From Synechocystis sp. PCC 6803 substr. PCC-P (GTDB taxonomy: Bacteria; Cyanobacteriota; Cyanobacteriia; Cyanobacteriales; Microcystaceae): DNA of 32,000 nucleotides. A program made the translations under genes and the position numbers. Positions 18,683 through 27,883 of this stretch are shown here, one piece after another. How positions within the stretch are numbered: position 1 is the stretch's first letter; each line of letters opens with the position of its first letter. The notes beneath the pieces were generated by a model. The model was given only the letters and a program-made list of their open reading frames with translations, had not been told where the DNA came from and ran no database searches. The stretch is from assembly GCF_000284455.1 (NCBI RefSeq), contig NC_017039.1:1320001-1352000 (forward strand). The letters are read 5' to 3'.

Positions 18683-20149
18683 ATGGGGAGGCAGTTGATT
18701 TTGTTTCCCATGTCTGACCAGTCTGACCATCCCCTAATTTTGCTGTGGCACCGCCGGGATTTACGCCTTAATGATCATTTAGCTTTGGCCAAGGCCCGTC
18801 AAAAAACTGCCAAAATTGTCGGTGTCTTTTGTCTGGATAACAAAATTCTGCAAGCGGAAGATATGGCTCCGGCCCGGGTGGCTTACCTGCTCGGTTGCCT
18901 ACAATCTTTACAGGATCATTACCAGCGCCTCGGTAGTGAGTTGTTGGTTTTCCAAGCAGATCCGGTGCAGTTGTTGCCCAAATTGGCCAATACCTTAGGT
19001 GCCCACGGTGTTACTTGGACTTTAGACACGGAACCCTACGCCCAAAAGCGAGATTTAGCAGTGGCCCAGGCTCTACGGGAAAGGGGTTTGGCGATCGCCA
19101 CGGAATGGGATCAACTCATGCACCATCCAGGGGAAGTGCTGACCCAAGCGGGCAGCCCCTACACGGTTTACACTCCCTTTTGGAAAAATTGGTCCCAACT
19201 GCCCAAAACAAGTCCGGTACCCACGCCCAAGGATTTACAGGGTTTAACTCCAGCAGAAAAGGAAAAATTAGCTCCTTTAGAGCCCCTGGCCATACCCCAG
19301 TTAGCGGATTTAGGTTTTATCTGGGATCAACCTCTCCCATTAACACCGGGGGAAGAAGCAGCTGAGCAAAGATTGGACTGGTTTGTGGCCCATGGGTTGG
19401 AGGAATATCAGCAAAATCGTAATTTCCCAGCCCTAGATGGCACTTCTCAACTGAGTGCCGCTCTCAAATTTGGTGTGATTTCCCCACGAACCCTGTGGCA
19501 GACTACCCTAGAAGCGTGGGAGCAAAGCCGCAGTGAGGAAGCCCGGGCTAGCATTGAAACTTGGCAACAGGAATTGGCCTGGAGGGAATTTTACCAACAT
19601 TGCCTTTACAGCTTTCCTGCATTGGCCCAGGGACCTTACCGATCGCCGTTTCAGGAATTTCCCTGGGAGGAAAACCAAGACCATTTCCAAGCCTGGTGCG
19701 AAGGCAGAACTGGTTACCCGATCATTGATGCAGCGATGGCTCAGTTGAATCAAACGGGCTGGATGCACAATCGTTGCCGCATGATTGTGGCTAGTTTTTT
19801 GATTAAGGATCTGATTCTTAATTGGCAATGGGGAGAGCTGTATTTTATGCAGACCCTCTACGACGGAGACCTAGCGGCCAACAATGGAGGCTGGCAGTGG
19901 AGTGCTTCCAGCGGCATGGACCCCAAACCCCTACGGATTTTTAACCCCCATACCCAAGCCCAAAAGTTTGACCCAGAGGGGGAATATATCCGCACGTGGT
20001 TGCCCCAGTTGGCCCGGTTCGACACGGGGGACTTGTTAACCGGCAAACTTACCCCCGGGTCACGGCGATCGGTCAATTATCCAGAACCCATAGTGGACCA
20101 CAATCAGCAACAACGGGAATTTAAACGGCGTTATCAATTGGTCAAATAA
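18683..20149 (+). CDS. phrA: Deoxyribodipyrimidine photolyase (class I CPD photolyase)
   Basis: 488 aa; [48 protein letters not shown] and [23 protein letters not shown]. The actual start may be the internal MSDQSDHP. Confidence 0.93.
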
Positions 20150-20157
20150 TCGCTGAT

Positions 20158-20664
20158 TTATTGTTGGTTGCCCATGCCCCGGCGACCTTGACGACTATTG
20201 CGACGCTCCTGCATTAATTGGGAAAATTTTTGCCGTTGTTCCGGGGTCAATACTTGACGGCTTTCCAGCATACTGTTGAAGCGCAGTTCCCCCAGTTGTT
20301 GCCTCAAATTAGCCACCTGGTTGTGTTTGGCGCGGATTTCGCTGTCACTGCCATTGCCAGACATCAGAGTGCGTAATTCATTTTGGCTAGTACGCATTTG
20401 CTCCGACAGAGATTGCATTTGGCCTTGATATTTTTGGCGAATGGCTTCCAGTTGTTGTTTTTGACTATCAGTTAAATCAAGGGATTCCATCCACTGGCCC
20501 TGGCCACCTTTTTTGTTGCCCCAGCCCCATTGGGCTAGCATTTGCTCGCTGGTATCGCCACTTTGCCAATGTAAATCCAGATTTTGATTTTGGGCCATGG
20601 CGGGCATGGTGCTGACAGTACAAGCTAAACCGCTAAGCAAACCGGCGATAATAATGTTTTTCAT
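20158..20664 (-). CDS. Putative exported Spy/CpxP-like (LTXXQ-type) protein
   Basis: Signal peptide MKNIIIAGLLSGLACTVSTMPAMAQ, then ESLDLTDSQKQQLEAIRQKYQ and RQVLTPEQRQKFSQLMQ repeats. The track ORF begins upstream at 20754. Confidence 0.75.
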   Translation of the reverse strand: MKNIIIAGLLSGLACTVSTMPAMAQNQNLDLHWQSGDTSEQMLAQWGWGNKKGGQGQWMESLDLTDSQKQQLEAIRQKYQGQMQSLSEQMRTSQNELRTLMSGNGSDSEIRAKHNQVANLRQQLGELRFNSMLESRQVLTPEQRQKFSQLMQERRNSRQGRRGMGNQQ

Positions 20665-20720
20665 GATGAGCAAGTTCCTCAGAAAATTAACTGAAAAGTG
20701 ATTGAAAAGTACAAATTGTC

Positions 20721-21089
20721 TTATTCCCGTGGGGGATCGCTTAGTAACCACCAATCCTGGTTAGCTCCGTTGACGCTGTCGGGGTAGATGGAGCCAGACC
20801 AAGTTTCCTGGAGGAAAGCTTCCAGTTCCGCCATGTTCGGTTCTTCGGCCGTTTGCATCGGCGATCGCCAACCGAAAAGCCCTGCCCCCACTAGGCCGAA
20901 GAGTAGAACTCCTCCCCCCAGCCATTGCCAAGACAAACTAGGGGTCAAGGAACGGCGGGGACATTGCTTGATCCGTTGCAAAATCTGCTCCTCTAGTGCC
21001 GGCGAGGGAGCGGGAACCCCTGGGCGATGGGCCTGCAAAAAGTGCTTCAGTTTTGTCTCTTGATCGGTATTAAAAGGGTTAAAAGACAT
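20721..21089 (-). CDS. Single-pass membrane protein, candidate anti-sigma factor
   Basis: Internal ATG at 21089 gives MSFNPFNTDQETKLKHFLQAHRPG... with one TM helix (WLGGGVLLFGLVGAGLFGW). Overlaps the 3' end of the ECF sigma gene. Anti-sigma role is inferred from position only. Confidence 0.6.
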   Translation of the reverse strand: MSFNPFNTDQETKLKHFLQAHRPGVPAPSPALEEQILQRIKQCPRRSLTPSLSWQWLGGGVLLFGLVGAGLFGWRSPMQTAEEPNMAELEAFLQETWSGSIYPDSVNGANQDWWLLSDPPRE

Positions 21090-21690
21090 CTTGAACTCCC
21101 TGTTGCTGCAAGAATTCCCGCATGGCCCGCCGAGCATAGAATAAACGGGATTTGATAGTACCCCCAGGCAAATTTAGTACCTCCGCAATGGTCTTTTGGG
21201 GCAAATCCTCCAGATCGTGGAGCACCAACACCGTGCGATGCTCAAAGCTGAGGGTAGCCAAGCCTTGCTGCACCAAATCCTGGTAATGGAGTTGCAACAG
21301 ATCGGGACTGTCCTCGGGCCGAGACAATTGCAGGGATATTTCCCCTTCGTTGTCGGCTAAGGCAGTACTGGGTTGATGAATCCGTTGGCGCGATCGCCCC
21401 AATTGTTTACGGGCATCCTGGGCCACATTCCAAGTAATGCGATAAAGCCAGGTGGCAAAAAAATTGTGATTGCGGAGTTTGGGCAATCCTTTCCACACTT
21501 TGAAAAAGACCTCCTGAACTAGATCATCGAGTTGATGCTGTCCACAAAGTTGATAAAGGGTAGAACGTACTTTAGCCTGGTACCGACGATAAAGTTGACG
21601 AAAGGCCTCAGCATCACCCTGCTGACTTCGCTGGATCATGCTAGCTTCGTTTTCTTCTACCGCTGGATTGACTAAGGGCTTAACCAACAA
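21079..21690 (-). CDS. sigH: ECF-type RNA polymerase sigma factor
   Basis: 203 aa; region 2 YQAKVRSTLYQLCGQHQLDDLVQEVFFKVWKGLPKLRN...FATWLYRITWNVAQD; region 4 RTVLVLHDLEDLPQKTIAEVLNLPGGTIKSRLFYARRAMRE. Confidence 0.9.
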   Translation of the reverse strand: MLVKPLVNPAVEENEASMIQRSQQGDAEAFRQLYRRYQAKVRSTLYQLCGQHQLDDLVQEVFFKVWKGLPKLRNHNFFATWLYRITWNVAQDARKQLGRSRQRIHQPSTALADNEGEISLQLSRPEDSPDLLQLHYQDLVQQGLATLSFEHRTVLVLHDLEDLPQKTIAEVLNLPGGTIKSRLFYARRAMREFLQQQGVQDVF

Positions 21691-21801
21691 AACCTACCTC
21701 TTTGGCGGTTACGGGGGTTTAGACCCCACGGGTTTACCCAAGGTTCAAAGGGGAGGCCAGATTTTCCTTCGCTAAAAGAATCGGGGTCAAGACAATAAAT
21801 C

Positions 21802-23157
21802 TTAGCCACGGTTTTGTTTAGCTAAAGTTCTTTCTAGCAAGACTGTATAAATGGGTTTACCCCCCAATGCTTCCGCCACCACACTGGCCACTAGGCAGGT
21901 AACTAACAAAGGCAAAATCACAAAATAGTTGTCCGTCATTTCTATGGTTAACAGAATTGCAGTTAATGGGGCTCGCACCGTTGCCGCTACTAAAGCTCCC
22001 ATGCCGGCGATCGCCATTACAGCGGGTTCAGGAATTTGACTGGGAAAGAGTAAATGGAAATGTCTCGCCATGGCTACACTGACAATGGAAGCAATGCCCA
22101 ACATGGGGGCAAAAATACCGCCAATTGCCCCGGAGCCGTAGCAGATCAGGGTTAACAAAAATCTGCCACAAAACACCAGTATGAGTGTAGAAAAATGGGA
22201 TTGACTGTTAAAAGCCCAGAGCACTGCATTGTCTCCCCCGTCGGTGAGGGGTAGGGGAAATAGGGACAAAATGCCAATGATGGAACCGAGCAAAAACCCT
22301 TTCCATTTAGTTGCTAGGGGCGGCAGGCGATCGAACCAGTCTAGTACTTTGAATAGACCCCGGTTGAAGGTGTAACCCATCACCCCAAATAAAATCCCCA
22401 AAATAATGAACATCCAGAGGGAATCCAGGGGAACCCGTTTAAACTCAGTCAAGCTGATGATGGCGGACTGCCCTCGAATCATTCTGAGAATAATAGTGGC
22501 CATCACACAGCCAAATAGTAGGCTATGGTACGCCAAGGTTTGACTACGAAAACGAGGATGCATTTCTTCCCCAATCAGAGCTACCCCTGCCAGGGGCGCA
22601 TTAAAAGCGGTGGCCAAACCGGCCCCGGCTCCCACTGCAATTAAAATTCGTTGATTCTCTTGAGTTGCCTTGAACCACCCCCCAGTCATCTGGCCAATGC
22701 TTCCCCCCATTTGAATCGTTGGCCCTTCAAATCCCGCCAACATACCAGCTCCCAAGGATAAAAATCCCCCCACTAATTTGATAGGCAAGACCCTCTGCCA
22801 GACCAGGGGAAGTTTCCCTTCCAAATGCCCTTCAATTTGGGGAATACCACTGCCGCTGGTGTCCGGGGCAAAACGTTTCATTAACCAAAAGCTGAGGGCT
22901 ACCATGCCACCACTGATCAGAGCGGTGACCAGCCAAGCCAAGGGCGGTATGGGGGCAAGTATTTGTGCTAATTGCGATCGCCACTGGAGCATATTGTTCA
23001 CAGCGGATTTAAAACCGGCCCCCAATACACCGGTAATCAGCCCCACCACAATGGCCGCCACAAGGGTACGGGGATGGAGAGAACGGGCGCTATCGGTTAA
23101 ATTCCTGGGAAGTTTATCTAACCAGCGTCGATTAGAGGTTTCAAAATCGGCAGCCAT
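21802..23157 (-). CDS. ClC family chloride channel or H+/Cl- antiporter
   Basis: 451 aa multi-TM; GSGIPQIEGHL, AGFEGPTIQMGG (gating Glu retained), GAIGGIFAPMLGIAS. Confidence 0.92.
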   Translation of the reverse strand: MAADFETSNRRWLDKLPRNLTDSARSLHPRTLVAAIVVGLITGVLGAGFKSAVNNMLQWRSQLAQILAPIPPLAWLVTALISGGMVALSFWLMKRFAPDTSGSGIPQIEGHLEGKLPLVWQRVLPIKLVGGFLSLGAGMLAGFEGPTIQMGGSIGQMTGGWFKATQENQRILIAVGAGAGLATAFNAPLAGVALIGEEMHPRFRSQTLAYHSLLFGCVMATIILRMIRGQSAIISLTEFKRVPLDSLWMFIILGILFGVMGYTFNRGLFKVLDWFDRLPPLATKWKGFLLGSIIGILSLFPLPLTDGGDNAVLWAFNSQSHFSTLILVFCGRFLLTLICYGSGAIGGIFAPMLGIASIVSVAMARHFHLLFPSQIPEPAVMAIAGMGALVAATVRAPLTAILLTIEMTDNYFVILPLLVTCLVASVVAEALGGKPIYTVLLERTLAKQNRG

Positions 23158-23166
23158 GGCTCTGAT

Positions 23167-24093
23167 TTAGTGGGCATTGGCAAAGGCTTGGGAAATAAAC
23201 GGCAATAGGCGGCGATTGCCAGCGAGGGCAGAATTTTCCGTGAACACCACCAAAAGATAGGGACTCTGGTGGGGAATTTCAATGTAGGCACAATCATGGC
23301 GCACCTGGCTGGTCCAACCGGCCTTAGACCACATTTGGGCATCTTTAGGCAATGGTTCACCGAGAAAACCGGTAATTTGGTTATCTTCCCCCAAAGGAGC
23401 CGGAGCGGCCGTTAAATCTCGTTTAAGTAATTGCATCATTTGTTGGGAACGGGTTGAGGACACCGCCACCCCGCCAATGATACTGTGTAATAACCTGGCC
23501 ACAGCATTGGTGGTTAACATGTTGCGCTGTTCGTAAAGTTCCCCCACAAAGGCCCTTTCCCGGCCATAGTAACCATCACCCCAGGTCTTTTGGTTGACAT
23601 TAATATTCTGCAACTCCTCCCAGCCCAAGGATTGAAAATAACGGTTCACAATATTGCGTTGTTGCTGCCAAGTTTCAAAGGGTCCGGGGGGTAACATGGG
23701 CCCACTGCTGGTGCCAGTGAGTATATCTACCACTAAGCTAGTGGCATCGTTGCTGGAGTCCACAATCATATCCCGCACGGCCCGGTCCAACTCCGGGGAA
23801 TCATTCACCATGCCTCCTTCCAACCATTCCGCCATGGCCACCAGGTAAAACAATTTCACCACACTGGCGGGATAAATACGTTCAATGCCCCGATAACTAA
23901 AACCCCGCACCGGATATTGCCAAAACTCATTGGCGGCGATCGCCCCCCCGGTATTAACCACCACTGGAGCGTCATAAACCAACCAAGTCAAGGCAATTTG
24001 ATCCCGCTGAAGTTGGGGGAAAGTTTGCCAAGTAGTTTCGAGAATAGCCTGGGCCATATCCCCCAAAGCCGGGTCTTCTTTAAAAAATGCCAT
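23167..24093 (-). CDS. Beta-lactamase class A-like serine hydrolase
   Basis: 308 aa; YPASVVKLFYLVAMAEW (SxxK), SSNDATSLVVDIL (SDN-like), AHSRS-like C-terminal KAGWTSQVRHDCAYIE. Confidence 0.75.
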   Translation of the reverse strand: MAFFKEDPALGDMAQAILETTWQTFPQLQRDQIALTWLVYDAPVVVNTGGAIAANEFWQYPVRGFSYRGIERIYPASVVKLFYLVAMAEWLEGGMVNDSPELDRAVRDMIVDSSNDATSLVVDILTGTSSGPMLPPGPFETWQQQRNIVNRYFQSLGWEELQNINVNQKTWGDGYYGRERAFVGELYEQRNMLTTNAVARLLHSIIGGVAVSSTRSQQMMQLLKRDLTAAPAPLGEDNQITGFLGEPLPKDAQMWSKAGWTSQVRHDCAYIEIPHQSPYLLVVFTENSALAGNRRLLPFISQAFANAH

Positions 24094-24143
24094 GGAATAA
24101 TCGGTTCGGGTTGAGGATAATTATTACTTGTACTTGATAACTG

Positions 24144-24704
24144 TTACTCTGCCGGAGGCAAACGACGAATATCAGAATAGAAGGCACTATGACTATAACC
24201 TTCTCCCTGCTGGATCAAACTGGTGCGGAGTCGGAGATTAGGACTAGCATACCAATGCCTTTCCGTTAAACTAGTCTCCCCATCCCCTAGATTTAGGGTC
24301 AAACATTCATCAGAACCTAAATGATAATCACCCCTTAGGAAAGCCAAGTTGGAATTCGTTGTGCCCCGCCATAGTTGACCCCGATCTCCATGGTCAGCAT
24401 CGGGTAAAAAGCCATAATAGATGGTGCCCTTTTGTTTGGACTTGCCCCAGTCTACGGAATTATCCCAACTCAGTTGTAGCAGGATTAACTCCCCTTGATT
24501 TTTTAACCCGGCCCGCTCCAGGAGCGATCGCCCAAGCTCAGTTTGACTATCCCACCTTTGCACCGTCACATCGGATTTGGCATTGCCCGCTTCATTTTGC
24601 TCAAAACTATAATTAGTACGTTGGGAAAGCCATTTTCCTTCCCAGGCGGTGATAAATTCCAAAAAATCCATAGCGAAAAAGCTTCTTGGGGCAACAGGCT
24701 TCAT
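24144..24704 (-). CDS. CpcS/CpeS-family phycobiliprotein chromophore lyase (CpcU-like)
   Basis: 186 aa; MDFLEFITAWEGKWLSQRTNYSF plus the ERHWYASPNLRLRTSLI pattern typical of CpcS/CpeS lyases. Confidence 0.8.
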   Translation of the reverse strand: MKPVAPRSFFAMDFLEFITAWEGKWLSQRTNYSFEQNEAGNAKSDVTVQRWDSQTELGRSLLERAGLKNQGELILLQLSWDNSVDWGKSKQKGTIYYGFLPDADHGDRGQLWRGTTNSNLAFLRGDYHLGSDECLTLNLGDGETSLTERHWYASPNLRLRTSLIQQGEGYSHSAFYSDIRRLPPAE

Positions 24705-24801
24705 TTTAGGCTATTGGGGGTGAATCGATGGCAGGGGATCTGCGGAAATTGGCGTTAACAACCTAGCAATTAGTCTAAATGAACTACTTGATCGCACTCG
24801 C

Positions 24802-25065
24802 CTAGAGACCAGTACCATTCAGCATTCGCATTACCACGTCAATAAATTTTTCACCCCAAACAATTGACAGTAAGCCACATAATGTAACTAGCAATGATGC
24901 AACACCTACCTGAACAAGTCCAAAATTGTCAAATGTCGAATATGTCACAGGAATTAGCAGTACAAGAGCACCAACTGTAGCCCCTCCCAAAAAACGATAG
25001 ATAACTTTTAAAGATGAATGTTGTTTGGGATCGGTGTTGTCATAGGTCATCAGAAATTCCTTCAA
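24802..25065 (-). CDS. Small two-TM hypothetical membrane protein
   Basis: 87 aa ORF with two hydrophobic stretches (FLGGATVGALVLLIPVTY, VGVASLLVTLCGLLSIVWG). Likely start at internal Met 25050. Confidence 0.5.
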   Translation of the reverse strand: MKEFLMTYDNTDPKQHSSLKVIYRFLGGATVGALVLLIPVTYSTFDNFGLVQVGVASLLVTLCGLLSIVWGEKFIDVVMRMLNGTGL

Positions 25066-25150
25066 TACTTTAAAACAATGGGTAACGCTGCTACGCTTTT
25101 GCTACCTAAACAGAGTATCTAACGATCGGGTAAAGGAGCAAGTTTTAGTT

Positions 25151-25176
25151 ATAGTCATTTCAATTAGCGATGAGAG
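25151..25176. repeat. Left terminal inverted repeat of the IS
   Basis: TATAGTCATTTCAATTAGCGATGAGA. Confidence 0.8.
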
Positions 25177-25223
25177 AATTTAATGTAAAATCATGGGGTG
25201 TACAAGATGAACAGGTTTAAACA

Positions 25224-25583
25224 ATGGCTTACAGTTTAGATTTGAGGCAAAGAGTAGTAGCTTATATAGAAGCTGGAGGAAAAATAACTGAGGCTTCCAA
25301 GATATATAAAATAGGAAAAGTCTCGATATACAGATGGTTAAATAGAGTAGATTTAAGCCCAACAAAAGTAGAGCGTCGCCATAGGAAATTAGACTGGGAA
25401 GCTCTAAAAAAAGACGTAGAAGAAAATCCCGATGCAAGATTGATAGACAGAGCCAAGAAATTTGGAGTGAGGCCGAGTGCCGTATATTACGCATTAAAGA
25501 AAATGAAAATAAACAGAAAAAAAAAGAACTATGTTATCGAGAAAGAAACCGGGAGGAACGAGTTAAGTACTATAGAATGTTAA
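25224..25583 (+). CDS. IS630 family transposase, N-terminal HTH part
   Basis: 119 aa; MAYSLDLRQRVVAYIEAGGKITEASKIYKIGKVSIYRWLNR. Confidence 0.9.
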   Translation: MAYSLDLRQRVVAYIEAGGKITEASKIYKIGKVSIYRWLNRVDLSPTKVERRHRKLDWEALKKDVEENPDARLIDRAKKFGVRPSAVYYALKKMKINRKKKNYVIEKETGRNELSTIEC

Positions 25584-26071
25584 GAGAACTAATCAAGCTC
25601 TATGGTAGTCAAGCTATAGTTTACATAGATGAATCTGGATTCGAAGCAATCCAGGCTTGTATTTATGCCTGGTCAAAAAAAGGAAAAAAAGTTTATGGAG
25701 ATAGACAAGGAAAAAGGGGAGTCAGAGAAAATCTAGTAGCAGGGAGAAGAAAGGGAAAAAAAGATTTGATTGCACCGATGGTTTTTACTGGGAGTTTGAA
25801 TGCAGAAGGCTTTGAAGGATGGTTAAAATTATATTTACTACCCTCCCTCGACATTCCATCAATATTAATAATGGATAATGCTCCTATTCATCGTAAAACT
25901 GCCATTAAAGAATTGGCTAAAGAAGCAGGTCATGAAGTTCTTTTTTTGCCAAAGTATTCTCCTGATTTAAATGATATTGAGCATGACTTTAGTGCCTTGA
26001 AACGAGCTAGAATGTACGCTCCTATTGACACGTCTCTTGATGAAATTATCCGCTCTTACTGTGGCGTTTAG
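25577..26071 (+). CDS. IS630 family transposase, C-terminal DDE catalytic part
   Basis: 164 aa; VYIDESGFE, ILIMDNAPIH and SPDLNDIEHDFSALKR supply the D, D, E residues. Different frame from the first ORF, overlapping by 7 nt. Confidence 0.9.
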   Translation: MLRELIKLYGSQAIVYIDESGFEAIQACIYAWSKKGKKVYGDRQGKRGVRENLVAGRRKGKKDLIAPMVFTGSLNAEGFEGWLKLYLLPSLDIPSILIMDNAPIHRKTAIKELAKEAGHEVLFLPKYSPDLNDIEHDFSALKRARMYAPIDTSLDEIIRSYCGV

Positions 26072-26073
26072 CA

Positions 26074-26099
26074 TCTCAGTCTTATTTGAATCTACTATA
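26074..26099. repeat. Right terminal inverted repeat of the IS
   Basis: Plus strand TCTCAGTCTTATTTGAATCTACTATA; its reverse complement matches the left end at 18/26 positions. Confidence 0.8.
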
Positions 26100-26119
26100 T
26101 ATTCCGATCCCTATCCTCA

Positions 26120-26153
26120 GAGCCGTACATACAACCTTTACTGTATACGGCTC
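26120..26153 (-). ncRNA. Group II intron domain V-like hairpin (probable remnant)
   Basis: Minus strand GAGCCGTAT-ACAGT-AAAG-GTTGT-AT-GTACGGCTC: 34 nt with 9-bp lower stem, 2-nt bulge, 5-bp upper stem and tetraloop, the canonical DV size and layout. Confidence 0.6.
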
Positions 26154-26408
26154 AAGCAGCGTCTTGAAATATGGATTCCGGTTAACTTTCGGTCGGTAGC
26201 ATTCGCTTATTGAGACATCCTGTTTTCGCTAAAGGGGTCGGCATTGGTTACCCTCCCATTAGTGTTTGAACATTCCAAAGGGGCCATCCCCATCCAGTTA
26301 AACACCAGCGGGGAAAGGTTTTTGGAAGCCGTTCCAACTCCCCTGAACGACTTTCGAGTCGCGCGTCTAATAGGTAACTGGCCTCACTCCAAAAAATAGG
26401 ATTATCTT

Positions 26409-26441
26409 AAAAATAATAATCCCCCACCAAATGGGCAGGGG
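26409..26441 (-). terminator. Intrinsic terminator of the psbDC transcript
   Basis: Minus strand CCCCTGCCCATTTGGTGGGGG forms an 8-bp stem (two G-U) followed by ATTATTATTTTT, 60 nt past the psbC stop. Confidence 0.7.
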
Positions 26442-26500
26442 ACACTAATCAATTGGGTTTAACTAAAGCAAAACCTTTGCAAAATCAGAAAAGTCTCAAT

Positions 26501-27883
26501 CTAGTCGAGGTCAGGCATGAACAACGTGGGTTCCGTTTCCCGGTCAATACCTTTTTCAAACCCAGCGGCCGCCGCCCGAGCACGACCAGCATGCCAGAGG
26601 TGACCAACTAAGAAGAAGAAGCCAAGGACAAAGTGGGAAGTAGCCAACCAAGCCCGGGGAGATACGTAGTTAAAGGAGTTAACGTCGGTAATAACCCCAC
26701 CCACAGAGTTCAAGGAACCAAGGGGAGCATGGGTCATGTATTCAGCGGCCCGACGTACTTGCCAGGGCTGAATGTCATTGCGGAGTTTGTCCAAATCCAA
26801 ACCGTTGGGTCCACGGAGGGGCTCCAACCAAGGACCACGGAAGTCCCAGAAACGCATGGTTTCACCGCCGAAGATGATTTCCCCAGAAGGAGAACGCATC
26901 AGGTATTTACCCAAACCAGTGGGGCCTTGGGCAGAAGCAATGTTGGCACCTAACCGTTGGTCCCGCACCAGGAAGGTGAAGGCTTGGGATTGGGAGGCTT
27001 CCATGCCGGTGGGGCCATAGAATTCACTGGGATAGGCAGTGTTGTTAAACCAAACAAATACGGAGGCAATGAAGCCCATTAAAGACAAAGCACCCAAGCT
27101 GTAGGAAAGATAAGCTTCCCCAGACCAAATCAGAGCCCGGCGAGCCCAGCCAAAGGGTTTGGTCAGAATGTGCCAGATACCACCGGAAATACAGATCAAA
27201 CCGATCCAGATGTGACCACCGATGATGTCTTCCATGTTGTTGACACTGATGATCCAACCTTCTCCCCCAAAGGGCGCTTTCAGCAGATAGCCGAAGATAA
27301 TCGCCGGGTTGAGGGTGGGGTTAGTGATCACCCGTACGTCCCCACCACCGGGGGCCCAGGTGTCGTATACACCGCCAAAGAACATGGCTTTAAAGACCAG
27401 TAACAGAGCACCACAACCCAACAGGATCAAGTGGTAGCCAATGATGTTGGTCATCTGGTTTTTATCTTTCCAGTCATAGCCAAAGAAGCTGGAATACTCT
27501 TCCAATACTTCCGGGCCACGGAGGGCATGGTAAATACCCCCAAGACCTAAAACTGCGGAAGAAATTAAGTGCAGCACCCCTACTACGAAGAAGGGGAAAA
27601 TATCAGTCACTTCTCCAGCGGGACCAACGCCCCAGCCCAGGGTCGCAATATGGGGCAGGAGGATTAAACCCTGCTCATACATGGGTTTTTCGGGAATGAA
27701 GTGGGCAACTTCAAATAGGGTCATGGCCCCAGCCCAGAAAACGATCAAACCGGCGTGGGCCACGTGGGCACCAAGTAATTTACCGGAAAGATTAATCAGC
27801 CGGGCATTTCCCGACCACCAAGCAAAACCGGTAGAGGGAAGGTCACGTCCCCCCACCATCGAAGTATTAGAGAGCGTTACCAC
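26501..27883 (-). CDS. psbC: Photosystem II CP43 chlorophyll apoprotein
   Basis: Unmistakable CP43 sequence. The track ORF starts at 27919, but the preferred start is the GTG at 27883..27881 ([25 protein letters not shown]) with upstream AGGAGG. Confidence 0.97.

Larger units (their letters stand above)
25151..26099 (+). mobile_element. IS630/Tc1-family insertion sequence, ISY100-like
   Basis: About 949 bp including terminal TA dinucleotides. 26-nt imperfect terminal inverted repeats (TATAGTCATTTCAATTAGCGATGAGA versus TATAGTAGATTCAAATAAGACTGAGA, 18/26 identical) bracket two transposase ORFs. Confidence 0.88.

Noticed and set aside
25180-25494. Minus-strand ORF 'MRNIRHSASLQISWLCLSILHRDFLL...'
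   Set aside because: Antisense to the transposase HTH ORF, and leucine/phenylalanine-rich as expected from the reverse complement of Lys-rich codons.
26025-26213. 62 aa plus-strand ORF spanning the right end of the IS
   Set aside because: Chance ORF crossing the IS boundary into the intron-like region; no domain and no support.
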